In this document: positions 20,499 through 30,334 of the stretch, piece by piece | Numbering within the stretch: position 1 is the stretch's first letter | Layout: each line of letters starts with the position of its first letter | From: Escherichia coli | GTDB taxonomy: Bacteria; Pseudomonadota; Gammaproteobacteria; Enterobacterales; Enterobacteriaceae | Reading direction: 5' to 3' (one strand) | Assembly: GCA_032372955.1 (NCBI GenBank) | Contig: GCA_032372955.1_4725.1 | Length of the DNA stretch: 64,000 nt | The notes under the pieces: generated by a model | Seen by the model: only the letters and a program-made list of their open reading frames with translations | Database searches by the model: none | Told to the model about the DNA's origin: nothing | Program-made: the position numbers and the translations under genes

Positions 20499-21331
20499 CC
20501 GGTTTGTAGTCGAATGGCGCGACGTTTAGTTTGTGGATCGTTCCAGGCAGCAACGCCAGCCCACGTTTCGTTCAGGAATTCCTGATATGTGTTTTCAGCA
20601 TCAGCAAAGCGATCGATGTATTCCTTGAATGCACCGACTTCTTGTCCTTGTGCTGTAACACCTCTGTCAAGACGGATAACGGTTCTGTTGTAGATGTCAC
20701 TTTGCGTGGCGTATAAACAGAGTTTGTAGAAATCGTTCCAAACCTCCATGCTGAGGTTGGTAAGTTCCGGATCGTGGGCAAGGAAACAGCGTAGGCTCAG
20801 GGGAAATTGTACAGGCGTGACGTTGTTCACCATGATGGTGTTAGGCGCGATGATATCAACGTTGGCTGTACTAAGAACGTTCATGGGACCGAACGCGTTC
20901 ATCCCTTGCTGTAACGTGTTGCTTGCGGGGTTCCACCCACAAAGCTGACGTTGAAATTGGGTTTGGTTGAAAGCGCCCCATTGCCCGTTATAGTTTATTC
21001 CGTAGTTGTTCACGCTCCCTGAAATAATGGATAATGCGGACGTGATGTAACGTCCCTGCGTGGCTTCCAACGGAATGTGGAAAACATAACAGTTAATGGT
21101 GACTTCTTCGATAGTGACACCGGCATCATCAAGGGGGATAACGGTTTGTAGTCCCCCGTAGATATCGATGTCGCCGATAACCCGTTTACGGATTACCCAA
21201 TCGGTAATGATGTCTTCTACGGAACGAGGATAGCGATTACGCCAGTCGTAGCGATCGATATAGCAATACTGTAGGATATCTGCCGGTATTGTACGACAGA
21301 TACGATCTACACTGTAGTCAATAGCACCCAT
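20489..21331 (-). CDS. hypothetical protein
   Basis: 280 aa; aggggtga RBS on minus strand. Confidence 0.5.
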   Translation of the reverse strand: MGAIDYSVDRICRTIPADILQYCYIDRYDWRNRYPRSVEDIITDWVIRKRVIGDIDIYGGLQTVIPLDDAGVTIEEVTINCYVFHIPLEATQGRYITSALSIISGSVNNYGINYNGQWGAFNQTQFQRQLCGWNPASNTLQQGMNAFGPMNVLSTANVDIIAPNTIMVNNVTPVQFPLSLRCFLAHDPELTNLSMEVWNDFYKLCLYATQSDIYNRTVIRLDRGVTAQGQEVGAFKEYIDRFADAENTYQEFLNETWAGVAAWNDPQTKRRAIRLQTGYF

Positions 21332-21395
21332 GGGTCACCCCTTTAGCAAAGAAAGATTCATTGTGCGTTAAATACATATTAAGTTAGGAGTTCAC

Positions 21396-22376
21396 ATGCA
21401 AGAGAACCAAGTACATATTTGGGCTGTCGGTGGTTGTGGTGGCGAAATCGGCTCAGCATTTGAAGGCGAAGTCGCGAAAGGATTACACAGCATGACGTAT
21501 GTTGATACCAGCCGCGCTAACCTACGCGATAGCACACTGGGCGACGATCATATTTACATCTTTAAAGATGCAGCCGGTCGTGAGTTAGACGGTTCTGGTA
21601 AGAAGCGTGACGAGAACGCTGAACTGATCTGTTCGCAAATCCCAGGTATTCTCAATAAGCATACACCAGGTAAATTTAATATCGTGGTCTTTAGTTTGAG
21701 CGGTGGTTCAGGTTCTGTTGCCGGTCCTGCGTTGGTTGCTAACCTGCTGGAACGCGGTGAACGTGTGGTGTGTTGCATCGTTGCCTCGTTCGATGATGAG
21801 CGTCAGACGATCAACGCCGATCGCACCTTCAAAGGACTGATGGCGGCTGCAGAAGGGTTGAAGCGTCCAGTGATTGTTAGCTATCACATGAATGGCGAAA
21901 ATGGGAAATCAGAGCAGGATGTCAACCTGGATGTGCAGGTTGTTATCAGCCAGCTTTGCGTTCTGTTTTCTGGCGAGAACCGTCGTCTTGACAGCGCTGA
22001 CCTGGAAAACTTCTTAAACCATCCACGTGTTACCGGTTTGGAACCAACGATCACCGAACTGAATACGTTCATGGGATACGATTGGACGAAAGAGAACGAT
22101 AGCCCGATTGCTTTCTGTACGCTTTATCCGAAAGACGCGACAAAAGTCATGGGCGTTAGCGCTATTTACAGCTGCGATGGTTTTGTGCCTGAAAGCAGCC
22201 CAATTCGTGAAGCGACGTCGTTTGTTTTAAGTACCGATCGTTTAGGGGGTATTATCAAACAGATCGCGGACGAAGCGAAACGTTACATCGAACATCGTAA
22301 CGCGCGTCAACAGGCACCGAAAGTTGGTGACGAAACTGTAGCAGAAGCGAAGAATAGCGGTTTCTTGCTTTTCTAA
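21396..22376 (+). CDS. phuZ: PhuZ-type phage tubulin (tubulin/FtsZ-like GTPase)
   Basis: 326 aa; N-terminal WAVGGCGGEIG glycine loop and tubulin-signature-like FSLSGGSGSVAGP (compare GGGTGSG); aggag RBS. Confidence 0.8.
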   Translation: MQENQVHIWAVGGCGGEIGSAFEGEVAKGLHSMTYVDTSRANLRDSTLGDDHIYIFKDAAGRELDGSGKKRDENAELICSQIPGILNKHTPGKFNIVVFSLSGGSGSVAGPALVANLLERGERVVCCIVASFDDERQTINADRTFKGLMAAAEGLKRPVIVSYHMNGENGKSEQDVNLDVQVVISQLCVLFSGENRRLDSADLENFLNHPRVTGLEPTITELNTFMGYDWTKENDSPIAFCTLYPKDATKVMGVSAIYSCDGFVPESSPIREATSFVLSTDRLGGIIKQIADEAKRYIEHRNARQQAPKVGDETVAEAKNSGFLLF

Positions 22377-22413
22377 CACCGAACCAAAAAGTTCAAGTGA
22401 TTGGAGATGCGCT

Positions 22414-22614
22414 ATGTCGCTGTTTATCTGCGAACGTTGCGGTCATGTTGATAGTACCGAACTCGCTTACGAGAATCGACAAAGTGCTGGTCAGTTCCTG
22501 TGTACGAAATGCCAAGGCCGTCAATGGCATGGCTATTTTCCATATCAGCTGTATGACCCAGCAAAACACGCACATATCGTCAACCATCCTTCATTGAAAT
22601 TGGATGGTTATTAA
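22414..22614 (+). CDS. small zinc-ribbon protein
   Basis: 66 aa with CERCGH...CTKCQG (CxxC...CxxC). Confidence 0.45.
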   Translation: MSLFICERCGHVDSTELAYENRQSAGQFLCTKCQGRQWHGYFPYQLYDPAKHAHIVNHPSLKLDGY

Positions 22615-22623
22615 GTTCTATCG

Positions 22624-22650
22624 AGCCTGTCCTTCGGGGCAGGCTTTTAT
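22624..22650 (+). terminator. hairpin plus T-run
   Basis: gcctgtcc ttcg gggcaggc then ttttat. Confidence 0.5.
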
Positions 22651-22654
22651 GCCG
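22646..22654 (+). promoter_or_regulatory. TTTATGCCG element after hairpin (late-promoter-like)
   Basis: Exact 9-mer 14 nt upstream of the ATG of gene 22668. Confidence 0.4.
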
Positions 22655-22667
22655 CGTAGGAGAAAGC

Positions 22668-22988
22668 ATGGGAAAGTGGTGGGAGAAAATAAGAAAGCGG
22701 TTTAACGATTGGAATCAGGAACGGCAAGATCGTAAGGATATTGAAGTTATGCGTGGTTACCCAGCGTATACCAACACGTACCTTACGCTCTACTACAATC
22801 GCTCAAAGAAAGAATGGACATTTGAATGGGATGATTTGTTCGCTAACCCCAGACCTGCACATTGGCCATTCCACGACTGTGTTATGGTTGTCCCTCCAGA
22901 TACCAGAGCAACGGAGGATGAAATAAAGCGTGCTTGGGACGTCTTAGACGAAAGAGGTATCGGTGGTATTCGAAGAGGGAGAAAATGA
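22668..22988 (+). CDS. hypothetical protein
   Basis: 106 aa; aggaga RBS. Confidence 0.5.
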   Translation: MGKWWEKIRKRFNDWNQERQDRKDIEVMRGYPAYTNTYLTLYYNRSKKEWTFEWDDLFANPRPAHWPFHDCVMVVPPDTRATEDEIKRAWDVLDERGIGGIRRGRK

Positions 22989-23079
22989 CGTCAGAAACTC
23001 TCCTGCTTCGTTTTACGCCGTATATTTTAACTATTCCCAGATATCGTGTGTATAAACAATGGGGACTTAGGAAAAGAGT

Positions 23080-24057
23080 ATGACCAAGAGATTAGCCAGG
23101 ATCGATTTGTACACATTAGCATCGTGGGTTTCATTACCGCTTATCGATTGTCTGAGTTTGCATCATCAACGCCAGCTTTCTCCGAAGGAAAAAATGCAAT
23201 TAACCGAGTTGTTGGTGGATTTCGATCTTAATCAGAGAATGACCTGGACTCGACATGATCCTCGATATCGTCATGAATCGTTCGCAGATATTCTCGGCCC
23301 GATTTGGTACCAACCTGAATTTCGAGAAGACTTCGATGTTGTCCAGGGTATGGTAACCGAATATTTGTCTTATCATCACAATAAGCTGTTTGGTAAGAAC
23401 TGGTCGGATAACCGTATTTACGGAATAGAACGTGTGTGCGATTATGCCTATATTGTTGATCTTGGCCGCGTTCCTAAACGTCAAACAAAACCAACGCCGT
23501 TAAAAGCATTTGAGTTCCAAGAAACAGAGTATTGCGTCGATCGTAAATCAGCAACCGAACACGTTGTCCGCGTACGTAATAGTAATCCTCGAGTGATGGC
23601 GATGCCGTCAATTAACATTACGATCAATATCTGCCCGTCTGGCGCGATTGTTGAACGTCCCCAGGAGCTAACAGATGAACAATTTGAATGGCTTGGGCAA
23701 TTGGAAGAACTTCGATTGGCTCACGCAAAACGAAAAGCGGAACAACTCGCCAATGAACCCGTTTATATTAAACAAGGCCTTGCCCTTAAGGAGCGATTTA
23801 AACAACGCCGCTCCGTCTTCGGTCCGGTGCAACCCGTACTATATGAGTTTGGGGTTCCCGAGTACCGGATGGATGCTGAGTCGGTGGCAACCGCTTTCTT
23901 GGATAACGGTGAAATACATCGACAAGGTGCACGTTCTTCGGGTCCTTTTAGACCGGTTCGAGTCCAGCGTCCACGCAGACATCGGCATACTAAGTCGAGA
24001 ACAGGAAATGATGACGTGTCACGAGACATGGACCGATCTCATTACCGAACTTATTGA
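23080..24057 (+). CDS. hypothetical protein (3' end uncertain)
   Basis: 325-aa ORF; last ~40 residues are Arg-rich and low-complexity while the +1 frame becomes protein-like. Confidence 0.4.
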   Translation: MTKRLARIDLYTLASWVSLPLIDCLSLHHQRQLSPKEKMQLTELLVDFDLNQRMTWTRHDPRYRHESFADILGPIWYQPEFREDFDVVQGMVTEYLSYHHNKLFGKNWSDNRIYGIERVCDYAYIVDLGRVPKRQTKPTPLKAFEFQETEYCVDRKSATEHVVRVRNSNPRVMAMPSINITINICPSGAIVERPQELTDEQFEWLGQLEELRLAHAKRKAEQLANEPVYIKQGLALKERFKQRRSVFGPVQPVLYEFGVPEYRMDAESVATAFLDNGEIHRQGARSSGPFRPVRVQRPRRHRHTKSRTGNDDVSRDMDRSHYRTY

Positions 24058-24304
24058 GCGGGCTGGCGATACAGAACGTATTTTCAATGAAGACGATCCG
24101 TCGATGGAAAGGCATGTTGACGCTTACCATGCGGCCGCGTCAGAACTTACGAATCTCACCATGGCGCTGGAGCCTGTCTTCGGTAGTGAGTTTATTCACG
24201 TATGGGAACACATGTTGGAAGGGCCTTACAATTGGGCGTTGGAGAGTTACAATGCGGCCACCTTTGTTGCGATCTTTAGAGCAATTTCAGAGAGACGATT
24301 CTAA
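24008..24304 (+). CDS. hypothetical protein
   Basis: Protein-like frame from MMTCHETW with aggaa RBS; the track ORF 23675 upstream is less convincing. Confidence 0.4.
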   Translation: MMTCHETWTDLITELIERAGDTERIFNEDDPSMERHVDAYHAAASELTNLTMALEPVFGSEFIHVWEHMLEGPYNWALESYNAATFVAIFRAISERRF

Positions 24305-24413
24305 GCCGTCGGTTATTCCGCGCCCAAGTCAGGTTTCGATACATATTCGCACACCACAGACAGGGCGTCGGTACATCATCCCATTATTAAACTACAGTGA
24401 ATATCTGTTTTCG

Positions 24414-24737
24414 ATGCTCGATGAGCGATTACCTTATTTCTCACCGAACGGAAATTATGATATTCACACGTTGCTTTACGACACGATTGAACTGTATCTG
24501 TACAAACGGAATATCTCTGGCCGTGATGTCGACATGCAACTTGAGTTCGTTCTGGATGAAGTTTTCATGCATGAAGACTACGGCCATGATGAGAAGTTCG
24601 ATTTTCGTTGTCGTTTATCGGTGATGCGAAGCGAAGTTAACCAAATCCTTCGTACGTGGATTCCACGTGTAGAAGATTGGTGGCATTTCAATTTTACGTT
24701 AGATACGAGTATGACGTTATGGTTGGTGGTGGAATAA
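24414..24737 (+). CDS. hypothetical protein
   Basis: Protein-like part of track ORF 24054..24737 starting at MLDERLPYF; start uncertain. Confidence 0.35.
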   Translation: MLDERLPYFSPNGNYDIHTLLYDTIELYLYKRNISGRDVDMQLEFVLDEVFMHEDYGHDEKFDFRCRLSVMRSEVNQILRTWIPRVEDWWHFNFTLDTSMTLWLVVE

Positions 24738-25231
24738 TGCAATCAAAGCCGTCGGCATTTGTGCGTTATCGGCAGAAACCTAATTTTCTTAATGGGAAAG
24801 ATGACGGCGTGCGGATATCGGTGTGCTTGGAAACCGTACTGGCGATGTTGTACCAGCATATGGACAAGTATACTTTCTTCGACCGCATTAACGTATCGGC
24901 TTATGACGTGCTTCAGTATACGACGTATGAGTACTGGTCGTTACGTATGCAGCGACCATTTCAATCGTGGTATCCGCCGGTATATGAAATGATAAGCGAA
25001 GAACTGTGTCAGGAACTGGTTAGCGTAGATCATGACGGTGAGTATTATGAAGCCATTTATAGTTATGTTGACGCGATCCAGGAAACCGTTAATCTGATCT
25101 TCCCGTGCTTTGACTACTCGATGACGCAGATGTTAACGGCCAGTGGGTTATTACCGAAGACCGGCGAGAACAACCTCGAGCTAGAAGGAATTCATGGATA
25201 TGTTGCCTTTTTCAACATTGAATGTGGTTGA
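24737..25231 (+). CDS. hypothetical protein
   Basis: Start at MQSKPSAF; TAATG overlap with upstream stop. Confidence 0.4.
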   Translation: MQSKPSAFVRYRQKPNFLNGKDDGVRISVCLETVLAMLYQHMDKYTFFDRINVSAYDVLQYTTYEYWSLRMQRPFQSWYPPVYEMISEELCQELVSVDHDGEYYEAIYSYVDAIQETVNLIFPCFDYSMTQMLTASGLLPKTGENNLELEGIHGYVAFFNIECG

Positions 25232-25682
25232 TCGTGGAACAGATACCTATCGTCTGACGGTTACTATCCCTGATTGGTTACAAGCAGAGCTGAGCACCAT
25301 GAATGACCCAGAAGATCCGTTGCGCATAACAACGTTGTTGGTACTGGCGTTACGGTATCTTAATCGTCCCGTCTTGTCACGCGAGGCATTCGAGAATGCG
25401 TATATCCTCGGATACGTTAAACGTGAAGACATGGTGTTGTTTACGAAGATGCAGCTCTGTTTCTTAAATCAGCTATGTCTGTTCAATGTCGGACGTACAA
25501 CTAACGCACATCGTTACGGATGGGAGGTTGTACAAATCTATCCTACCGTTATGGTAGTATCTAGTTTTCGTCGTGCGTTGTGGGACGATCCAGAAAAGAC
25601 TGTGGCGTCGTTAATACATACGCCGAACAAGAGAAACACAGGATGGAAAAATACGCCACTGAGCGCCGTCGCCACGTTATAA
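25194..25682 (+). CDS. hypothetical protein
   Basis: 162-aa ORF overlapping neighbours. Confidence 0.4.
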   Translation: MDMLPFSTLNVVDRGTDTYRLTVTIPDWLQAELSTMNDPEDPLRITTLLVLALRYLNRPVLSREAFENAYILGYVKREDMVLFTKMQLCFLNQLCLFNVGRTTNAHRYGWEVVQIYPTVMVVSSFRRALWDDPEKTVASLIHTPNKRNTGWKNTPLSAVATL

Positions 25683-26041
25683 AACGCGATGACTACTATC
25701 TTGAGCAACTGCTCGAACAGGCGGTTAACGACATCTATAGTCAGGCAGAAGACGATTACTGTTTGTCTGGGTGGGGTACCGAAGGAAGGCAGATGCTGAT
25801 GAGGAATCTACTGCAAGAAATTGCGGATGTTGTCTTATCGGATATCGACGATGACTTTATCGATGAATACTGCGAGGAGAGATCGTTATCACGAAACCTT
25901 ATCGTGCGTATTATCGGACGTGTTTATTATCGTGTTGTCCAGGATATGGAATTCACAAAAACGTTTTATCGTGGCGGAACACTATCATCTATCCGGGTCT
26001 GGTCAGCGACGACTTTCGGATACGAATACATTTTTAAATAA
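25643..26041 (+). CDS. hypothetical protein
   Basis: Acidic protein from MEKYATERRR; start uncertain. Confidence 0.4.
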   Translation: MEKYATERRRHVIKRDDYYLEQLLEQAVNDIYSQAEDDYCLSGWGTEGRQMLMRNLLQEIADVVLSDIDDDFIDEYCEERSLSRNLIVRIIGRVYYRVVQDMEFTKTFYRGGTLSSIRVWSATTFGYEYIFK

Positions 26042-26052
26042 AGGATGCTATT

Positions 26053-26466
26053 ATGCCAGCTTCTGATTTAGAAAAGATTGGCTCTGTTGTGAGTTTTGAT
26101 GTGTACGCCCCAGAACTTGGGGTTAACTTCAACGGAGTAGAAATTAGCGCCGTGTACAATTATCGTACGGCTGTGCGCAACGGCCGTGATGTAGACGCCA
26201 TTCACCAACAGATTTATTCCCGGCTCCCGTCTAGTGTACCGAACGATCCGACGAGATACAATTACGTCGAGGTCATTACAGCCGATGGCGAGTATGTGAT
26301 TCTAGGGATTCCTTGGATTAAGGAGAGTACAATCGTTGTTACCAAGACACTGATCTATAAACCCAGCATCGTTATTGAGGATGCGACCGACGTGACGAAA
26401 ATTAATCAGATTCTTAATCAGGCAGGTTACACTAAGATTGTTGCTAACGACTTGATTAATCAGTAA
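26053..26466 (+). CDS. hypothetical protein
   Basis: 137 aa; aagga RBS. Confidence 0.5.
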   Translation: MPASDLEKIGSVVSFDVYAPELGVNFNGVEISAVYNYRTAVRNGRDVDAIHQQIYSRLPSSVPNDPTRYNYVEVITADGEYVILGIPWIKESTIVVTKTLIYKPSIVIEDATDVTKINQILNQAGYTKIVANDLINQ

Positions 26467-26662
26467 ACTTTTACATACAGTACTATATATTTTGAGTGGT
26501 TAGTGCCATCAGTGAAATAAGATAGATTCGTGTTTTTTATTCCTTCTTTGGCGAATCGCCTCTCGTGTTACAACCTCCCTCTGATCTAGCATCATTGTGC
26601 ACGAGAGAAGATCTTGTTTCACGAACATCATCGATATCTTTCTGTCAGTTATTATCCTTTTT

Positions 26663-26698
26663 AACCGATCTGGCTTCGGCTGGATCGGTTCTTTTTTA
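26663..26698 (+). terminator. hairpin plus T-run
   Basis: aaccgatc...gatcggtt stem then cttttttat. Confidence 0.5.
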
Positions 26699-26703
26699 TG
26701 CCG
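26695..26703 (+). promoter_or_regulatory. TTTATGCCG element after hairpin (late-promoter-like)
   Basis: Exact 9-mer about 60 nt upstream of gene 26766. Confidence 0.4.
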
Positions 26704-26765
26704 TCCTTCTTTTTTAACAGATATACGAGATGATGTAGACAGACTAAATAACTTTTGGAGGATTT

Positions 26766-28919
26766 ATGGAAAATCCGTTCTTTTACGATGAAAACGGATA
26801 TGGTCGTACGTTGGATATGACCAAAGAAGCGGTACAGGATTATACCCTGTTCTTAATGCGCACGCGTGGGATATCTCAGCAGGAAGCGTTGCAGTTTGTT
26901 CTTGAAACGGTTCGTCCTGGTGGAAAATACGGGATGGTTGATCCCGACTGCCTGGTATTAACACAGCGTACCGAAGGAAATCGAGAAAAAGAAGTCATCA
27001 AGTTCAGCCAATACTTCAACGATATTAAAGAAAATAATTTAATTATCACGCCGGTATGGGCTAACTGTTATCCGCGTGAAACACGTTCCAGTGTGTTAAG
27101 CGACTTCGCGGTTGAAAACGGTAAGTTGCGTAAGAAACAAAAGAAACAAATGTCGATAGCACAAGCACACGGACGTAAAGACGAAGCGGAGCTACACGAT
27201 AAACGACAAACCAACACCAAGTTAGACAACAACAGTTTGTCAGGAACCCAGGCGTCCAAGTTCAACCCTTTTTATAATCCGATTGCGCATCCAAGTTTAA
27301 CGACAACATGTCGCTGTGCTTCAGGTTCAGCCAATGCGAACAACGAACGCTTCCTTGCGGGCAATTTCCATTATTACGATTGTGATATCGCAATTGAAAA
27401 CATCGTGAGTATTGTCCGTAACAGCGATCGTAAGGCCATTGAGCAGGTAATGGTAAAATACAAACTGCATTACCCTACGCCGGAAGAGGTTTGGGCTAAC
27501 GTATCGAAATGCTTGCATCGATATACTTTCGACCCAGAGAAAGAGCTGACCATCCGGGAGCTAATTACCGGTTTAACGCCATTAGAACGCGCCTGCTACA
27601 TGTACAGCAATAACCTGTACTCGTTACGTGAGCTTAATCCTGAATTCGTTCGAGATTTTCTTGATTCGTTATGTGAGCTGGCATCCGAACCTGTTGAAAC
27701 GATGGAAGAGGCTAAAGCCATTATTGCTTCCATGGATAACAACACGGTCGCTTGGATCACAGCACAATGTACGGAGTTCTTGAATGGGGAGGCGATTTAC
27801 GTAGCGCTAGAAAAAGGAAATGAACTTGGTTATCGTCTTACCGCAGCAACGACAAAATTAATGCTGCAGCGTATCCAAAGCTACGCTGATTTGATTATGG
27901 CGTTCTGGCGTACCGAGAACCAACCGGCTGGAGTTTATGCTTTCCCGTCGGCAATCCGTGAAGTGGGTGTGTTGTCTGATACCGACTCGACGGTGTTTAC
28001 CTGCCAGGAGTGGGTTCAGTGGCGATTTGGAAATATGGAGATCAATCCAATTTCGACGCGCTTAGCAAACACGCTTATCTATCTGGTTACGCAGATTACG
28101 GTTCATCTGATGGCGATGTGTTCTGGTAATATCGGTGTAGCGAAAGAGCATATGTACGTGATGGAAATGAAGAACGAATATATGTTCTTGATTCTGTCGT
28201 TAACCTCGATGGGTAAAAACTATTACGGTTACATGACCATGCGTGAAGGGGTTCCTATCAATCCACCGAAGCTGGAATTGAAAGGTCCGGTTATGCGTGA
28301 TGCGTCAGCACCAAAAATGATCGTCAAACGTGTTGAACGCATGATGTGCGGTATCATGGATAAGCTGTTACGTAATGAGAAGATCAGCATTCGATTGGTT
28401 CTTGACGATATTATCTCGTTAGAAAACGAAATCGTTGAGTCCATGAAACGCGGTGATCCCGATTTCTTAACACGTGTTAAAGTGAAGCCACATGTTGCGG
28501 TAACGAAACAGTCTTACGATATGTGGGAAGAGGTGTTTGCTCAATCGTACGGCCATTGCCAGGAACCACCCTATATTGGGGTTCGTGTGCCGTTGGCGAC
28601 GAAGAACAAAACGCTTCTTAACGATTGGATTGATTCCTGGGAGGATAAAGGGTTACAACAACGTTTCCGTGATTGGATTGTACGTAACGATAAGAAAACG
28701 ATAAGCAACTTAACGATACCATTACCGGTGATCGAAGCCTCCGGGCTTCCCGATATCTTTATTCAAGGGATGGATATTCGTCGATTGATTTCTACGCTCG
28801 TGCGTTCGTATTACGCGTTAATGGAAAGTTACGGTATTTTCATCTCGAATAAAAACAATACATTGTTAGCCCAAGACATTGCAGCAAGTTATTTACCGAA
28901 GCGAGAAACCACAGAGTAA
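26766..28919 (+). CDS. hypothetical large protein
   Basis: 717 aa; ggagga RBS. Confidence 0.6.
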   Translation: MENPFFYDENGYGRTLDMTKEAVQDYTLFLMRTRGISQQEALQFVLETVRPGGKYGMVDPDCLVLTQRTEGNREKEVIKFSQYFNDIKENNLIITPVWANCYPRETRSSVLSDFAVENGKLRKKQKKQMSIAQAHGRKDEAELHDKRQTNTKLDNNSLSGTQASKFNPFYNPIAHPSLTTTCRCASGSANANNERFLAGNFHYYDCDIAIENIVSIVRNSDRKAIEQVMVKYKLHYPTPEEVWANVSKCLHRYTFDPEKELTIRELITGLTPLERACYMYSNNLYSLRELNPEFVRDFLDSLCELASEPVETMEEAKAIIASMDNNTVAWITAQCTEFLNGEAIYVALEKGNELGYRLTAATTKLMLQRIQSYADLIMAFWRTENQPAGVYAFPSAIREVGVLSDTDSTVFTCQEWVQWRFGNMEINPISTRLANTLIYLVTQITVHLMAMCSGNIGVAKEHMYVMEMKNEYMFLILSLTSMGKNYYGYMTMREGVPINPPKLELKGPVMRDASAPKMIVKRVERMMCGIMDKLLRNEKISIRLVLDDIISLENEIVESMKRGDPDFLTRVKVKPHVAVTKQSYDMWEEVFAQSYGHCQEPPYIGVRVPLATKNKTLLNDWIDSWEDKGLQQRFRDWIVRNDKKTISNLTIPLPVIEASGLPDIFIQGMDIRRLISTLVRSYYALMESYGIFISNKNNTLLAQDIAASYLPKRETTE

Positions 28920-28930
28920 CATAATCCACC

Positions 28931-28980
28931 ACCCCATCCTCCCTTCCCTTACGGGTTGGGAGGATGCAAGGGAAGAGGGA
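28931..28980. terminator. GC-rich structured element between convergent genes
   Basis: catcctccc/gggaggatg and cccttccc/gggaag pairings. Confidence 0.45.
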
Positions 28981-28985
28981 GGTGA

Positions 28986-30080
28986 TTATGCACCAGCAGG
29001 AAGAATTTTTAAGAGGTCGGCAACCTGTGCAATAACTTCACGTCTTAAATCGCCAGGTAACGGAGAGGATTCCCAGTTACCTTCTTTTAGACTCCGGTCG
29101 GCAGCACGGTACAGGTCATTATCGATTTGACTGCTGAACCCGACGCTTTCAGATACGTTTTGCAATGTGACGAGTTGTTGCCATAATGACAGACAACCCA
29201 GATCCCTTGCCCATCTCGTTTGTCGAAGATCGACGGTGTAGCCCATTCGGGTTGCTTGGTACTGATCCCCGTATAAACTCGGTATCTGTTTAAGCATGTC
29301 GGTGTAGCTTCGTCTTCTGCGTAATAAATGATGCTGTACAGACAGAACGACTTGACTGAATACGTTATCCAGGTCGTTAACGTAAATTGGTGATTTGAGT
29401 GGATTCTTAGCCGGAGATACCCATAAACAACGATTGCGTATAACAACATCGTTGTGTGAGTATAATGCGTTAACCAACGGAAAACTCGCAAGAAAGCTTG
29501 TAACCGGTTCTTTAACCACCCATTTACCGTCGTCGTTATGACCCATGACCAAAGACCACATTCGATACTGTAGCGCTAATAAAGGTACATCAACCATAAT
29601 GACCGCAAAACCTCGTCCTTCTTCAACCTGCTTTTGGTGAAGAGGAATGTAACGAAGATTTGCGTATGGGTGCGTCACGATTCTAACTGGTGACCAATTA
29701 CGCCAGTTGTCAAGAATGTCACGTGAAATAAGACGACTTTCACCGGTTGCGATAATAGCTTCGTGCAATCCTGGATAGAAAGCACCGTCGAATAACTTAC
29801 CCGCGTATCTTGATGTTGTCAACTTGACACGATTACCCAATTCTGGGGTAAGATCGAGAATCATGTCGTAGTAAGTTTGTACTGAGATGTCGTATCTCAT
29901 AGGGAGCTGTGCAAGCAGCAACGCAAGGATGTGATCGCTCTGAACCGCGAAGGTAAAACCCTGATAGTGGTTCTGGATTGTCTGTAGGTTTCTTTGAACT
30001 TCGCGTATTAGATAGTCTTTCTGAGGGACGGGTTGCACACCCGATGATGTTCGCGGGAGGTTATTTAAAACACGAAACAT
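28986..30080 (-). CDS. hypothetical protein
   Basis: 364 aa; acggag RBS. Confidence 0.55.
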   Translation of the reverse strand: MFRVLNNLPRTSSGVQPVPQKDYLIREVQRNLQTIQNHYQGFTFAVQSDHILALLLAQLPMRYDISVQTYYDMILDLTPELGNRVKLTTSRYAGKLFDGAFYPGLHEAIIATGESRLISRDILDNWRNWSPVRIVTHPYANLRYIPLHQKQVEEGRGFAVIMVDVPLLALQYRMWSLVMGHNDDGKWVVKEPVTSFLASFPLVNALYSHNDVVIRNRCLWVSPAKNPLKSPIYVNDLDNVFSQVVLSVQHHLLRRRRSYTDMLKQIPSLYGDQYQATRMGYTVDLRQTRWARDLGCLSLWQQLVTLQNVSESVGFSSQIDNDLYRAADRSLKEGNWESSPLPGDLRREVIAQVADLLKILPAGA

Positions 30081-30250
30081 ACGAACTCCGTAAGAAGATG
30101 GTAAACGGATATGACATTACTCTCAATAAGAGAAGTAAAAGTTTACAGACATATCCTGATTATATGTAGAAAGAATGTTGCTTCTCGGCAGCGTTCGCCT
30201 AGGGGTTTATATCGTTCAATGTGGTTACACCAATATTGAAAAAAATTTCA

Positions 30251-30270
30251 GGGTTATATTACCTAGGTGA
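30251..30270 (+). promoter_or_regulatory. TATATTAC element (early-promoter-like)
   Basis: gggtTATATTACctaggtg about 75 nt upstream of the chimallin candidate. Confidence 0.45.
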
Positions 30271-30334
30271 ATGAGCGAGTAGAAGCTGATTCAATGACGT
30301 CATTTAATAAAGTTTAAGAAAAGAGGAATCCCAA

